In this document: in pieces, positions 49,498 through 58,547 of the stretch | Numbering within the stretch: position 1 is the stretch's first letter | Layout: every line of letters begins with the position of its first letter | Origin: an uncultured Gemmatimonadales bacterium | GTDB taxonomy: Bacteria > Gemmatimonadota > Gemmatimonadetes > Gemmatimonadales > Gemmatimonadaceae | Assembly: GCA_963850905.1 (NCBI GenBank) | Contig: CAWKMU010000003.1 | Location: forward strand, 1,376,001-1,440,000 | Length of the DNA stretch: 64,000 nt | Direction: 5' to 3' | Translations under genes and position numbers: made by a program | The notes under the pieces: model-generated | Seen by the model: the letters and a program-made list of their open reading frames with translations, nothing else | What the model was told of the DNA's origin: nothing | Databases searched by the model: none

Positions 49498-50952
49498 GTG
49501 GACTACGCCGTCGCGTTCGCTCGTCACCTTGCTCGACTGGTGTGGCTGCTGCTGAATCAGGCGGATTCGATCGACGAGCAGAAAGCCGCACTTCGCGCCG
49601 CCGTTACCCTGTCGAAGCAGGGACCGGTGGTCATGACCGTTCAGGACGGCCAACTGACGGTCAACGGAGCCGCATTGGCACCGGCACTGACCGGCGTGCA
49701 ACACCTGTTGGCGCAATTCCAGGGGCAGGCGGTCCGCGAGATGGCAATCGACGTGGGTGCGCTTGCCGCGGACGTGTTGGGCACGGCGCGCATTCTCGCG
49801 ACGGCTACGGTGATGGGTGACGAGGGACGCGATGTCGATGCGAAACTCCGGGCGCTTGCCCCGCGCTCCGTCCGCTTGACGTTCCGCCGGGCCCCCGCCG
49901 AGGTCGACCCCAACGTGGTCCGGGCCTTCACGAGCGTGGAAGTGCCGCAGGAGGGGTCGAACGAGTTGTTCGATCGACTGGACGCCACAACCTCCGTCGG
50001 GATCGCCTCTCGGCTACTCGATCAGGTCGTCGCTATGACGGAGGTGCAAGCAGGCCGGAACAAGACGGTGGCCATCGCCGATCTCATGGCCAAGGTTGTC
50101 GCACGCGAAGCGCAGCGCACGGACGCCGAGATGCGACGCGCATTTGCCGCCGCGATCCGACGACTTTCGAAACCCACGGCGCTGCGTGCGGTCGCCTCCG
50201 TGCTGCCGCGGCGGAAAGAGCGAATCGAAGAATTCCTGGCAGTCCTGGCCCGCACGGGGGATGAAGGCGCCGAGGCGCTGATCGAGCAGCTCACGGCGGC
50301 GCAGTCGTTGTCGGAGCGACGCGTGTTTTTCGACGCGCTCGTGCGACTCAAGGCTGGGACTCCGACCCTCGTGCACATGCTTGGAGACCCACGCTGGTAC
50401 GTGGCGCGCAATGCGGCGGACCTGCTTGGCGAGCTCAATGCCGTAGAGGCGGACGCGGCGCTGTCCGAGCTGCTGGCACACACGGACGATCGGGTGCGTC
50501 GCGCCGCGGCGCACGCGCTGGGCAAGCTGGGGACCGCGCATGCGGTGGTGGCGCTGCGGAAGGCACTCAAGGATTCTTCGTCCCACGTCCGGGCGCTCGC
50601 CGCCGCTGGCCTCGCCGTGCGCAAAGGCGCGCGATCGGCCGGGACCCTGGCGCGCGCCCTCGAGACCGAACCCGACCTCGAGGTACAGATTGCGATCCTC
50701 GGTGCGCTGGGGCGTGTCGCCAACGCCGAAGCGGTGCAGCGACTCGCCAAGGCAGCCGAACCTGCCGGGACGTTCAAGCGCAAACCGACGGCCTACCGCC
50801 TCGCTGCCATCCAGGGGCTTGGCGAAGCGCGCACGCCGGCGGCGATGACCGCGCTCCGCGCACTCGTTTCCGATCGCGATCGCGAGGTCCGCGAGGCTGC
50901 CGCCCGCGCAATTGCGCACGCCGATCGGCCGGAACCGACGACATTAACGTGA
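49498..50952 (+). CDS. HEAT-repeat protein
   Basis: Repeats DPRWYVARNAA, DDRVRRAAAHALG, DREVREAAARA; start uncertain. Confidence 0.8.
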   Translation: MDYAVAFARHLARLVWLLLNQADSIDEQKAALRAAVTLSKQGPVVMTVQDGQLTVNGAALAPALTGVQHLLAQFQGQAVREMAIDVGALAADVLGTARILATATVMGDEGRDVDAKLRALAPRSVRLTFRRAPAEVDPNVVRAFTSVEVPQEGSNELFDRLDATTSVGIASRLLDQVVAMTEVQAGRNKTVAIADLMAKVVAREAQRTDAEMRRAFAAAIRRLSKPTALRAVASVLPRRKERIEEFLAVLARTGDEGAEALIEQLTAAQSLSERRVFFDALVRLKAGTPTLVHMLGDPRWYVARNAADLLGELNAVEADAALSELLAHTDDRVRRAAAHALGKLGTAHAVVALRKALKDSSSHVRALAAAGLAVRKGARSAGTLARALETEPDLEVQIAILGALGRVANAEAVQRLAKAAEPAGTFKRKPTAYRLAAIQGLGEARTPAAMTALRALVSDRDREVREAAARAIAHADRPEPTTLT

Positions 50953-50963
50953 AAGACTAGCGT

Positions 50964-52031
50964 CTACCTAGCAGTGAAATCCGTCTCCGCCGTGATCACT
51001 CTGCATGTCGCCGCAATCAACTCGGCTGCGCGATCGACGTCCTCGAGACTCACCATCTCATTGGGCGAGTGCATGTAGCGATTCGGGACGGACACGAGGG
51101 CGGTCGCGACGCCTTCGCGCGCGATGTGAATCGCGTCGGCGTCGGTGCTTGTGTCACGACCGGCTGCATGGAGCGTACAGGGCACGCCGATCCGCGCTGC
51201 GGTATCACGCAACAGGCCGAACAGCACCGGTGAGATGATGGAGCCGCGCGACAGGACAGGCCCGGTGCCAAGCTTGTGCTCGCCGATCTCCTTCTTCTCG
51301 ACGCCCGGATGGTCCGTCGCGAACGTCACGTCGACGACGATCGCGGCACGGGGCTGCACGCCAAACGCGCTGACCAATGCGCCGCCGCCGTGATAGGCGA
51401 TTTCTTCCTGCGTCGTCGCGACCGCAGCCACGCGCGCCACGCCGGGCGACTCGGCGTAGCGGCGCAGGGCTTCGAGGACCACGAAGGCACCAATGCGGTT
51501 GTCGATCGATCGCGAGATGAGGCGATGGTTGGGTAGATCGATGCTGCGCGCATCGACCACGGCCGGGTCACCCACACTCACGCGGGCCTCCGCCTCGGCG
51601 CGACCTGCGGCGCCGATGTCGATCCACAGGTCAGTGAGCTTCGAGGCCCGTTCGCGCTCGTCCGTCTTCATGAGGTGGATCGGCTTCTTCCCGATCAAGC
51701 CGAAGACGTCGTCACCCCGCGCGAGGATCCGCACCCGCTGTCCGACCAACACCTGCGGGTCCCATCCCCCGATCGGCGAGAAGTACAGATAGCCATCGTC
51801 ATCGACGTACGTGATGATAAGACCGATTTCGTCAATGTGGCCGGCAAGCATGATGGTCGGCGCACCCTGCGCGTTCACGGTCGCAATGCTGTTTCCCGCG
51901 ACATCGCCACGCACCTCGGCGAACGACCGTGCGCGCTCCCGCCAGAGTCGCGCCGGTGCGGCCTCGAAGCCGGAGGGACCGGGCGTATCGAGCAAGGTCT
52001 TGAGGAACGCGATGGAGTCTTGGCTGAGCAT
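50964..52031 (-). CDS. M42-family aminopeptidase
   Basis: GPSGFE, GHIDEIG, IDNRIG, QEEI, TDAD, RYMHSPNE. Confidence 0.92.
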   Translation of the reverse strand: MLSQDSIAFLKTLLDTPGPSGFEAAPARLWRERARSFAEVRGDVAGNSIATVNAQGAPTIMLAGHIDEIGLIITYVDDDGYLYFSPIGGWDPQVLVGQRVRILARGDDVFGLIGKKPIHLMKTDERERASKLTDLWIDIGAAGRAEAEARVSVGDPAVVDARSIDLPNHRLISRSIDNRIGAFVVLEALRRYAESPGVARVAAVATTQEEIAYHGGGALVSAFGVQPRAAIVVDVTFATDHPGVEKKEIGEHKLGTGPVLSRGSIISPVLFGLLRDTAARIGVPCTLHAAGRDTSTDADAIHIAREGVATALVSVPNRYMHSPNEMVSLEDVDRAAELIAATCRVITAETDFTAR

Positions 52032-52040
52032 GAACGGCGG

Positions 52041-52163
52041 GGACCAGGTATCAGGGGTCAGTGGTCAGGGGTCAGGGACTACAACTTATCGCGATTCGTG
52101 TTGGAGGCGTCGCCACGTTGTTCGCGGTGTCGTTCCCTGACCCCTGGCCCCTGATCCCTGACC
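52041..52163. repeat. Heptamer-arm (GGGGTCA) foldback element
   Basis: TCAGGGGTCAGTGGTCAGGGGTCAGGGAC ... GTTCCCTGACCCCTGGCCCCTGATCCCTGACC. Confidence 0.78.
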
Positions 52164-52293
52164 GGATGCGGTTCGGCGCCAAGTAGTGATTCAGCGACCA
52201 ACCGCGCCCAGGATGTCGAACTTGGCCATTTACATGGGCTTGCGCATCCGATACGCTTTTGTTTCCCATCTCAACGTTCAGGGAGGATCGGTC

Positions 52294-53742
52294 ATGCGCG
52301 ACCCGCGTCCATTCCAGTTCGCGCTCATGCTGATGGCGGCCGTGACGGTCGCCACAGCACCGGATCTCGCGTGGGGACAAGGATTCGGGCTGAACGACAT
52401 CGGGAGCTGCGCGGTCGGACGCGCGTATGCCGCGACCGGCGCGCCGTGTCGGGATGCGTCTGTCATTTACTGGAACCCGGGCGCTGCGGCCACACTCCCC
52501 GGCTGGTCCATTTACGGCGGCGGTGCCGCCATTGGCGTGAACGGCGGATTCACCGCCGATACGACACTCGTGCGGTACCCGAGCAGCGTCCCCGTCTCGT
52601 TTCCCCCACACCTGTTCGTCAACTACACGGGACACCTTGGCGAGCGCGCCGCATCGGTCGGCTTCGGCGCCTATGTGCCGTACGGATTGACTTCGCAGTG
52701 GAACTCCGACTTCCCCGGCCGCTTCGAAGCCCAGAAGGCGTCGCTGCAGACCTTCTATTTCCAGCCCAATCTCTCGATCGAGATCGTGCCCCATAAGCTG
52801 AGCATCGGCGCCGGGCCGATCATCGCCCACTCCAGTGTCGAGCTGATCCAGGCGCTCGATCTCTCCGCAGCGCCGGCAGCGCCAAACGTCACGTTCGGCG
52901 AACTGGGCATTCCGGCGCTCACCGAGTTCGGACAGGCGACGATCAAGGGTAGTGCAACCGGGTGGGGATGGACGTTTGGCGCCCTCTACAAGCCGGACCC
53001 GACGGTGCAAATCGGCGCGCGGTTCCTCTCGGCGATCACGTTCGACTACTCGAGCGCCAACGCCACGTTCCAGCAGGTGATGACCGGGCTAACGCTCGCG
53101 GCAAATAATCCACTTGGCCTTCCAGCGGGGACGCCGGTCGACGCGATCGTCGCGTCACAGTTCGCGAGCGGCGGCGCGCTGGTCTCGCAGTCGGCCAGCA
53201 CCAAGATCACGCATCCGTTGCAGGCGGAAGGCGGCATTGGATACACGGGCATCCGCAGCTTGCTGATCGATCTCGATGTCGATTACGTCGGATGGGACGC
53301 CTTCCAGACCCTGCCAGTCACCTTCAACGGGCCGGCGGGGGCGGCCGGACTCAATCGCGTGCTGCTCGAGGATTACGGAAACTCATGGGCCGTGCGCTTG
53401 GGATTGGAGCACGTCTTCGGTGACTCCGTCGATGGCATCACCGGCCGCGCGGGATTCAGCTACGCGACCACACCAGCTCCGCCGGAGACAGTGACCCCGC
53501 TGCTTCCGGACATGAACCGGTACAACGGGTCAGTCGGCATCGGTATTCCCTTCTCTCGCGACGTATCCCTCGACGCCGCGTACCTCCATGTCTTCACCGA
53601 AGGCCGGCGCGGTCGCGTTGTCGAGCGTACGGAGAACCTCGGCGGCCTCCTGAGTTCCAATCAGACGGCTGCCGAGCTCAACTCCGGTTTCTACGACCTC
53701 GCGGCGGACGTCCTGTCGCTGAGCCTCCGCCTCCACTTCTGA
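52294..53742 (+). CDS. FadL/OmpP1-family outer-membrane long-chain fatty-acid transporter
   Basis: GRAYA, DASVIYWNPG, YVPYGL, LPD, terminal Phe; GGAGG RBS. Confidence 0.88.
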   Translation: MRDPRPFQFALMLMAAVTVATAPDLAWGQGFGLNDIGSCAVGRAYAATGAPCRDASVIYWNPGAAATLPGWSIYGGGAAIGVNGGFTADTTLVRYPSSVPVSFPPHLFVNYTGHLGERAASVGFGAYVPYGLTSQWNSDFPGRFEAQKASLQTFYFQPNLSIEIVPHKLSIGAGPIIAHSSVELIQALDLSAAPAAPNVTFGELGIPALTEFGQATIKGSATGWGWTFGALYKPDPTVQIGARFLSAITFDYSSANATFQQVMTGLTLAANNPLGLPAGTPVDAIVASQFASGGALVSQSASTKITHPLQAEGGIGYTGIRSLLIDLDVDYVGWDAFQTLPVTFNGPAGAAGLNRVLLEDYGNSWAVRLGLEHVFGDSVDGITGRAGFSYATTPAPPETVTPLLPDMNRYNGSVGIGIPFSRDVSLDAAYLHVFTEGRRGRVVERTENLGGLLSSNQTAAELNSGFYDLAADVLSLSLRLHF

Positions 53743-53779
53743 CGCCGTGACCGCCACTCCAGCGCTGAGGGATCGTCGC

Positions 53780-54976
53780 ATGTCGTCCGCTCGCATCCCG
53801 CTCCAGCGGCTCGCAGCGGCGGCCGTGCTCATCGGGGCCGTGGCCGCTTGTGAGCAGAAGGAGCTCGTGAGCCTTCCGCGAACATCCGTCAACCAGACCC
53901 TTTTCAAGAGCTATGTCGCACTGGGCAACAGCATCACCGCGGGTTACCAGTCCGGCGGCATTGTCGACTCGACCCAGGCCGAGGCCTACCCCGGGATCAT
54001 CGCAACACAAGCGGGGACGCGGTACGCGTTCCCCGCGCTGACCCCTCCGGGATGTCCGCCGCCGATCGTGAACTTCCAGACCCAACAACGCCTCGGTGCC
54101 GGGTCGACCTCGACGACGTGCAACCTGCGCGATCCGGCGATGATCACGTCGGTGCTCAACAACGTCGCGGTTCCTGGGGCAGCGTCACTCGACCCGACGG
54201 CGTCCTCGAGCGCGAACTCGAACGCACTCACCACCTTCATCCTGGGCGGTGCGACGCAAGTCCAGCGGGCGCTCCAGGCCAATCCGACGTTCGTGAGTAT
54301 CTGGATTGGCAATAATGACGTGCTGCCGGCCGCGTTGTCGGGCTTTGCGACGGGCGCTCCGACCCCGGCCGACACGTTCAATGCCAATTACGACACGATG
54401 ATCTCGCAGCTCACGGCGGGCGCTCCTGGTCTCGGAGGACTCCTCATCGGGGTTGTCAACACCAGCGTGGTCCCCGCGCTCTTCCCAGTCGACAGTCTGC
54501 TCGACGATCCGGTTTTGGACGCCGAATTCAACGCGGCCGCGGGCACCACGGTCCCGATTGCGTCCGACTGCGTTGGCGCGCACGCCTTGGTGTCGCTCGA
54601 CATCATCAGTGCCATCCGGGCGGGCCAGGTGCCGCCGGCGATCGGCTGCGCGACGACGGATCCCTTTACGCTCAACGCGGTCAAACAGGGGATCATCACC
54701 GCGTCGGTGGCGGCCTACAACGCACATATCCAATCGGTGGCGACCACGAACGGCTTCGCCTACGTCAATGTGACTCCCATCATCGCGGGGCTCAAGGCGC
54801 AGGGCCTTATCTCGACGGTCCCGAACTTCCTGAGCGCGACGAATCCGTTCGGTCCCCTCTTTACGCTCGATGGCATCCATCCGTCCGCGCTCGGACAGCA
54901 ACTGCTCGCCAATGCATTCATTACGGCGATCAACGCGAGGTACGGGTCGGTGATTGATACGGTAGCACATCAGTAG
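53780..54976 (+). CDS. SGNH/GDSL lipase lipoprotein
   Basis: VAAC lipobox; ALGNSITAG, NVAVPG, WIGNND, DGIHP. Confidence 0.88.
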   Translation: MSSARIPLQRLAAAAVLIGAVAACEQKELVSLPRTSVNQTLFKSYVALGNSITAGYQSGGIVDSTQAEAYPGIIATQAGTRYAFPALTPPGCPPPIVNFQTQQRLGAGSTSTTCNLRDPAMITSVLNNVAVPGAASLDPTASSSANSNALTTFILGGATQVQRALQANPTFVSIWIGNNDVLPAALSGFATGAPTPADTFNANYDTMISQLTAGAPGLGGLLIGVVNTSVVPALFPVDSLLDDPVLDAEFNAAAGTTVPIASDCVGAHALVSLDIISAIRAGQVPPAIGCATTDPFTLNAVKQGIITASVAAYNAHIQSVATTNGFAYVNVTPIIAGLKAQGLISTVPNFLSATNPFGPLFTLDGIHPSALGQQLLANAFITAINARYGSVIDTVAHQ

Positions 54977-55008
54977 CGTCCCGGCCGGAGGCCGGGTCGC
55001 TACTGATG
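54968..55008. terminator. Strong hairpin overlapping the lipase stop codon (terminator or REP-like)
   Basis: CATCAGTAGCGTCCCGGCC-GGA-GGCCGGGTCGCTACTGATG; no U-tract. Confidence 0.5.
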
Positions 55009-55010
55009 GA

Positions 55011-55281
55011 TTGGACGCTAGACATTGGAGAAACGGGTAACGGGTAACTACAACGATCACTGCAAACACCGGGCGGGCTGAAGCCCGCCGCTACATGTTG
55101 CTGCGGGCGGCGTCAAATCTGGATTTGTCGACCGACGCCGCACTCGTCTCCGCGGGCGCTCCGTAGTGTCACCGTCCACACCGACGTGTAGGGGCGGCCT
55201 TCAGGCCGCCCAGCGGTGTCGTCGCGATTGTTGTAGGTACCCGTCACCCGTTACCTGTTTTCCCCAACCTCTAACGTCCAA
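55011..55281. mobile_element. REPIN-like foldback element, copy C (two layers of arms)
   Basis: Inverted REP 55071-55094, REP 55188-55211, 93-nt spacer; GGGTAAC arms inside TTGGACGCTAG/CTAACGTCCAA arms. Confidence 0.82.
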
Positions 55282-56520
55282 TCACACCGCCTGAGGCCTC
55301 GTTGCCGCCTTCGCCGGCCTCAACATCCACCACAACCCGCCACCAACCACTGCGACAGGAAGGAGCACGCCCATCGATGCGATCACGAAGGCCACGAGAC
55401 CAATGAAGTTGTGCCACGCCTGGCGAGCCGCGGCTGCGATCGGATTGGGCGCAACGTGGTCGATGATCGGCGTTGGTTCGTGAACGGTGATCGTCAATGT
55501 GCTCAACTCGGCGTGTGAACGCAGAAAGCGGAGTCGACCCTCGTACCGTTCGATCTCTTCACGCACACGGGCGAGCTCCTGCTCGACGTCGAGGACGTCC
55601 TTGAGCTTCCCGGTTCGCGTCGCCAGCAGCTCGATCAGTCGCTCCTCGAGCCGGTGATCGTTGGCCATCCGGGCCTCGACATCGACGTACTCCTCGCCGA
55701 CGTCCTGTGCGGTCACGTTGACATACTCGATTTTGCCTAGTGGCCCCAGATTGGTGATGAGGCGATCGAAGCCGTCGGCCGGTGCCTTCACCTCGAGCGT
55801 TGCCGCGCGCACTTGATCGCGGCCAGCTTGGATCGCGCTATTCGCCACGAACCCGCCAATCGCCGACGCCAGCGCGCGAACCCGTGGTATCGCACTATCG
55901 ATCGACGCGACTTCGATCGAGGCGCCCCCGGATCGCACGATCATGCGTGAGGCATCAGCAACGGAGCCCATCGCGAGATCGGAAACGGGCAAGCCCTCAC
56001 CGTTGACGCCGGCAGCAGACTCTAACGCAATTGGCCCTGCGGGGGCGCCTGCGGCGAACCCGCGACTTCGCCCAAACCCGAGTGCCTTGGATGCGGTAAA
56101 CTGCTGGCTCACGTCAGTCATCGCGCCACCGGTCACGACCTGCGTTTCGAGCCGGAGCACATCTTTCGAAAGACTGATCGTGTAGTCAGCCTGACCCGCC
56201 GCGATTGTAACCGTTTGGGGCGCATAGCCAATGCGGCGCACCGTTAACGACCTGGCCTCCGCGGGTACGCGCAGCGTAAAGGTCCCGTCGTCCGCGGTGT
56301 TCGTGCCGGTCGTGGTTCCGGTCACGATGACTTGCGCCGTGGCGATACCGTTTTGCTCGGTTGCGTCGAGTACCCGACCAGTGACGCGACCCTCTTGTGC
56401 TCCGGCCAGTGAGGCCACCCGTGACAGCAGTCCATGACGCGCGGTCGGCTTCATGGTCAGCAGCACCGCGACCAGCAGGGCAACGGCAACGACAGCGATG
56501 CGACGGGATGTCACATACAT
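55282..56520 (-). CDS. CarboxypepD_reg-like domain fused to DUF4349
   Basis: VTGRVLD..RRIGY..LETQVVTG, then DVGEEYVDVEAR, VEQELARVREEIE and C-terminal TM. Confidence 0.82.
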   Translation of the reverse strand: MYVTSRRIAVVAVALLVAVLLTMKPTARHGLLSRVASLAGAQEGRVTGRVLDATEQNGIATAQVIVTGTTTGTNTADDGTFTLRVPAEARSLTVRRIGYAPQTVTIAAGQADYTISLSKDVLRLETQVVTGGAMTDVSQQFTASKALGFGRSRGFAAGAPAGPIALESAAGVNGEGLPVSDLAMGSVADASRMIVRSGGASIEVASIDSAIPRVRALASAIGGFVANSAIQAGRDQVRAATLEVKAPADGFDRLITNLGPLGKIEYVNVTAQDVGEEYVDVEARMANDHRLEERLIELLATRTGKLKDVLDVEQELARVREEIERYEGRLRFLRSHAELSTLTITVHEPTPIIDHVAPNPIAAAARQAWHNFIGLVAFVIASMGVLLPVAVVGGGLWWMLRPAKAATRPQAV

Positions 56521-56709
56521 TCGTCTGGACATTGAACGGCTCGTTCGTTGAAGACACACGTAAGACGTTGCGGCGGCCTCGACTTACACACCTTGAGGGG
56601 TATCTTCACAAGTCTCGATGTAGCAAATAGTTACAGACGCTGAATTTCGCAGCCCGGCGGGAGTGCGCCTGCGCGGACTCCCAATTCCTCTCTTCCTTTG
56701 TCTCAATCC

Positions 56710-58539
56710 ATGTTCGTCCGTTCTGCTCGATTCCTTGTACTCGCTGTGGCGGCGACGGTTGTGGGTTCTCAACGCATACCCGCGCAGATGCCGGGGGCCG
56801 TGTCCGCGCCCATCTCCGACATGCATTACGAGGTCACGGTGGATTCCGCCGCGCTGGCGACGCGGCACATCAATGTCGTGGCGACGCTCAACGTCGTGGG
56901 ACCGGGCCCGGTCGTGCTGTCGCTGCCGGCGTGGACGCCGGGTGCGTACGAGCTCTCGTGGTTCTCTCGGTACGTCTCGGGGTTCACGCCGACGGCGGCC
57001 GATGGACGGGCCCTGACGTGGGACAAAGTGGATTACGAGACGTGGCGCATCGACCCGGCGGGGGCGAAGACCATTCACGTGGCGTTTCGCTACCAGGCCG
57101 ACTCGCTCGACAACGCGATGTCGTGGACCCGGCCGGACTTCGTGCTGTTCAATGGCACGAATCTCTTTCTGTATCCCGAAGCGCGAGGGCTGAATTTCCC
57201 GGCGACCGTCACGGTGCACGCACCCACGGGCTGGCTCATCGCTACCGGGATGTCGCCGGTCCCCGGCAGCTCGAACAGCTTCACGGCGCCAACGTACCAT
57301 GACGTCGTCGATATGCCGTTCTTCGTCGGCAGGTTCGATTTCGACAGCATACAGGTCGCCGACCGTTGGGTACGGTTTGCGAGCTATCCGGCAGGGGCCG
57401 AGAATGCGAGCCGGCGCTCGGCCGTGCTCCGTTGGCTCTCACAAGTCATCCCACCCGAAGCTGCGGTGTTCGGCGAAACGCCATGGCCGAACTACACGGT
57501 CATGCAGATCACAGATTCTTCCTACGAGGGCGCGAGTGGACTCGAGCACCAGGACTCACACGTCAATGTCGTCGGCGCGAGCTTCCTCGACGATCCGTTC
57601 ATGCCCGGCCTGTACGCCCACGAGATTTTCCACTCCTGGAACGTCAAGCGGATGCGGCCCGCCGACATGGTGCCGTACCGGTACGACGTAGCGCAGCCGA
57701 CGCCTTGGTTGTGGGTGAGCGAGGGGATCACGGACTATTACGCCGACCTCGCACAGGTCCGCGGAGGCGTGATCCCGGATACGGGTTTCTACCACCTCAC
57801 CGCAGGCAAGATCGATGACGTCGACGGCGCGCCACCCACGGCGCTCACCGACGCGTCGCTTTCGACGTGGGTCCACCCGACCGATGGCACGGGATATCTC
57901 TACTATCCCAAAGGCTCTTTGGCCGGCTTTGTGCTGGACGTCCTCATTCGCGATGCCAGCGACAACCACCAATCGCTGGACAGCGTGATGCGCGCCGTCT
58001 ACAACGCCACGTATAAGCATCAACGCGGATTTTCCGGTGTCGACTGGTGGGGCGCGGTGAGTCGCGCAGCGGGTGGACGGTCGTTCAGTGAGTTCAACCG
58101 ACGATACATCGACGGTCGAGAGCCATTCCCGTGGGACTCGATTCTCCCGCTTGCCGGCTTGCGTCTCGTGGCCGACAGTATCCGGGAGCCCCGGCTCGGG
58201 ATCACGAGTGCGATGGATTCACTCGGTCGCGTGCGAGTCATGGAGGTCGAGCAGGGCTCTGCGGCTGCGCAGGCGGGGCTGCTGGGCGGTGACGTGCTCG
58301 TGTCGATCGGCGATATCCCGGTCGCCTCAGCCGATTTCGGCCAACAATTCCGGGCGCGTTATGGCGGCAATTCGCAGTCGCCCAAGACGATTCCGCTCGT
58401 CCTGCGTCGGAACGGGCAGCAAATGACGCTGCAGGCGCCGCTCGAATATCGCATCCGCCTCGAGCATCGGATCGTCGCCGATCCATCGGCAAGCGATAAA
58501 GCGCGCCGGATCAGGGACAGCTTGTTACGCGGCACCTGA
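56710..58539 (+). CDS. M61-family aminopeptidase with PDZ domain
   Basis: PAWTPGAY, GLEH, HEIFHSWNVKR, EGITDYY, YYPKG. Confidence 0.92.
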   Translation: MFVRSARFLVLAVAATVVGSQRIPAQMPGAVSAPISDMHYEVTVDSAALATRHINVVATLNVVGPGPVVLSLPAWTPGAYELSWFSRYVSGFTPTAADGRALTWDKVDYETWRIDPAGAKTIHVAFRYQADSLDNAMSWTRPDFVLFNGTNLFLYPEARGLNFPATVTVHAPTGWLIATGMSPVPGSSNSFTAPTYHDVVDMPFFVGRFDFDSIQVADRWVRFASYPAGAENASRRSAVLRWLSQVIPPEAAVFGETPWPNYTVMQITDSSYEGASGLEHQDSHVNVVGASFLDDPFMPGLYAHEIFHSWNVKRMRPADMVPYRYDVAQPTPWLWVSEGITDYYADLAQVRGGVIPDTGFYHLTAGKIDDVDGAPPTALTDASLSTWVHPTDGTGYLYYPKGSLAGFVLDVLIRDASDNHQSLDSVMRAVYNATYKHQRGFSGVDWWGAVSRAAGGRSFSEFNRRYIDGREPFPWDSILPLAGLRLVADSIREPRLGITSAMDSLGRVRVMEVEQGSAAAQAGLLGGDVLVSIGDIPVASADFGQQFRARYGGNSQSPKTIPLVLRRNGQQMTLQAPLEYRIRLEHRIVADPSASDKARRIRDSLLRGT

Positions 58540-58547
58540 GCTGACTC

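Noticed and set aside
11969..55281. CRISPR array interpretation of the repeated 24-mers
   Set aside because: Repeats are dispersed inverted pairs, not tandem direct repeats with unique spacers, and no cas genes are present
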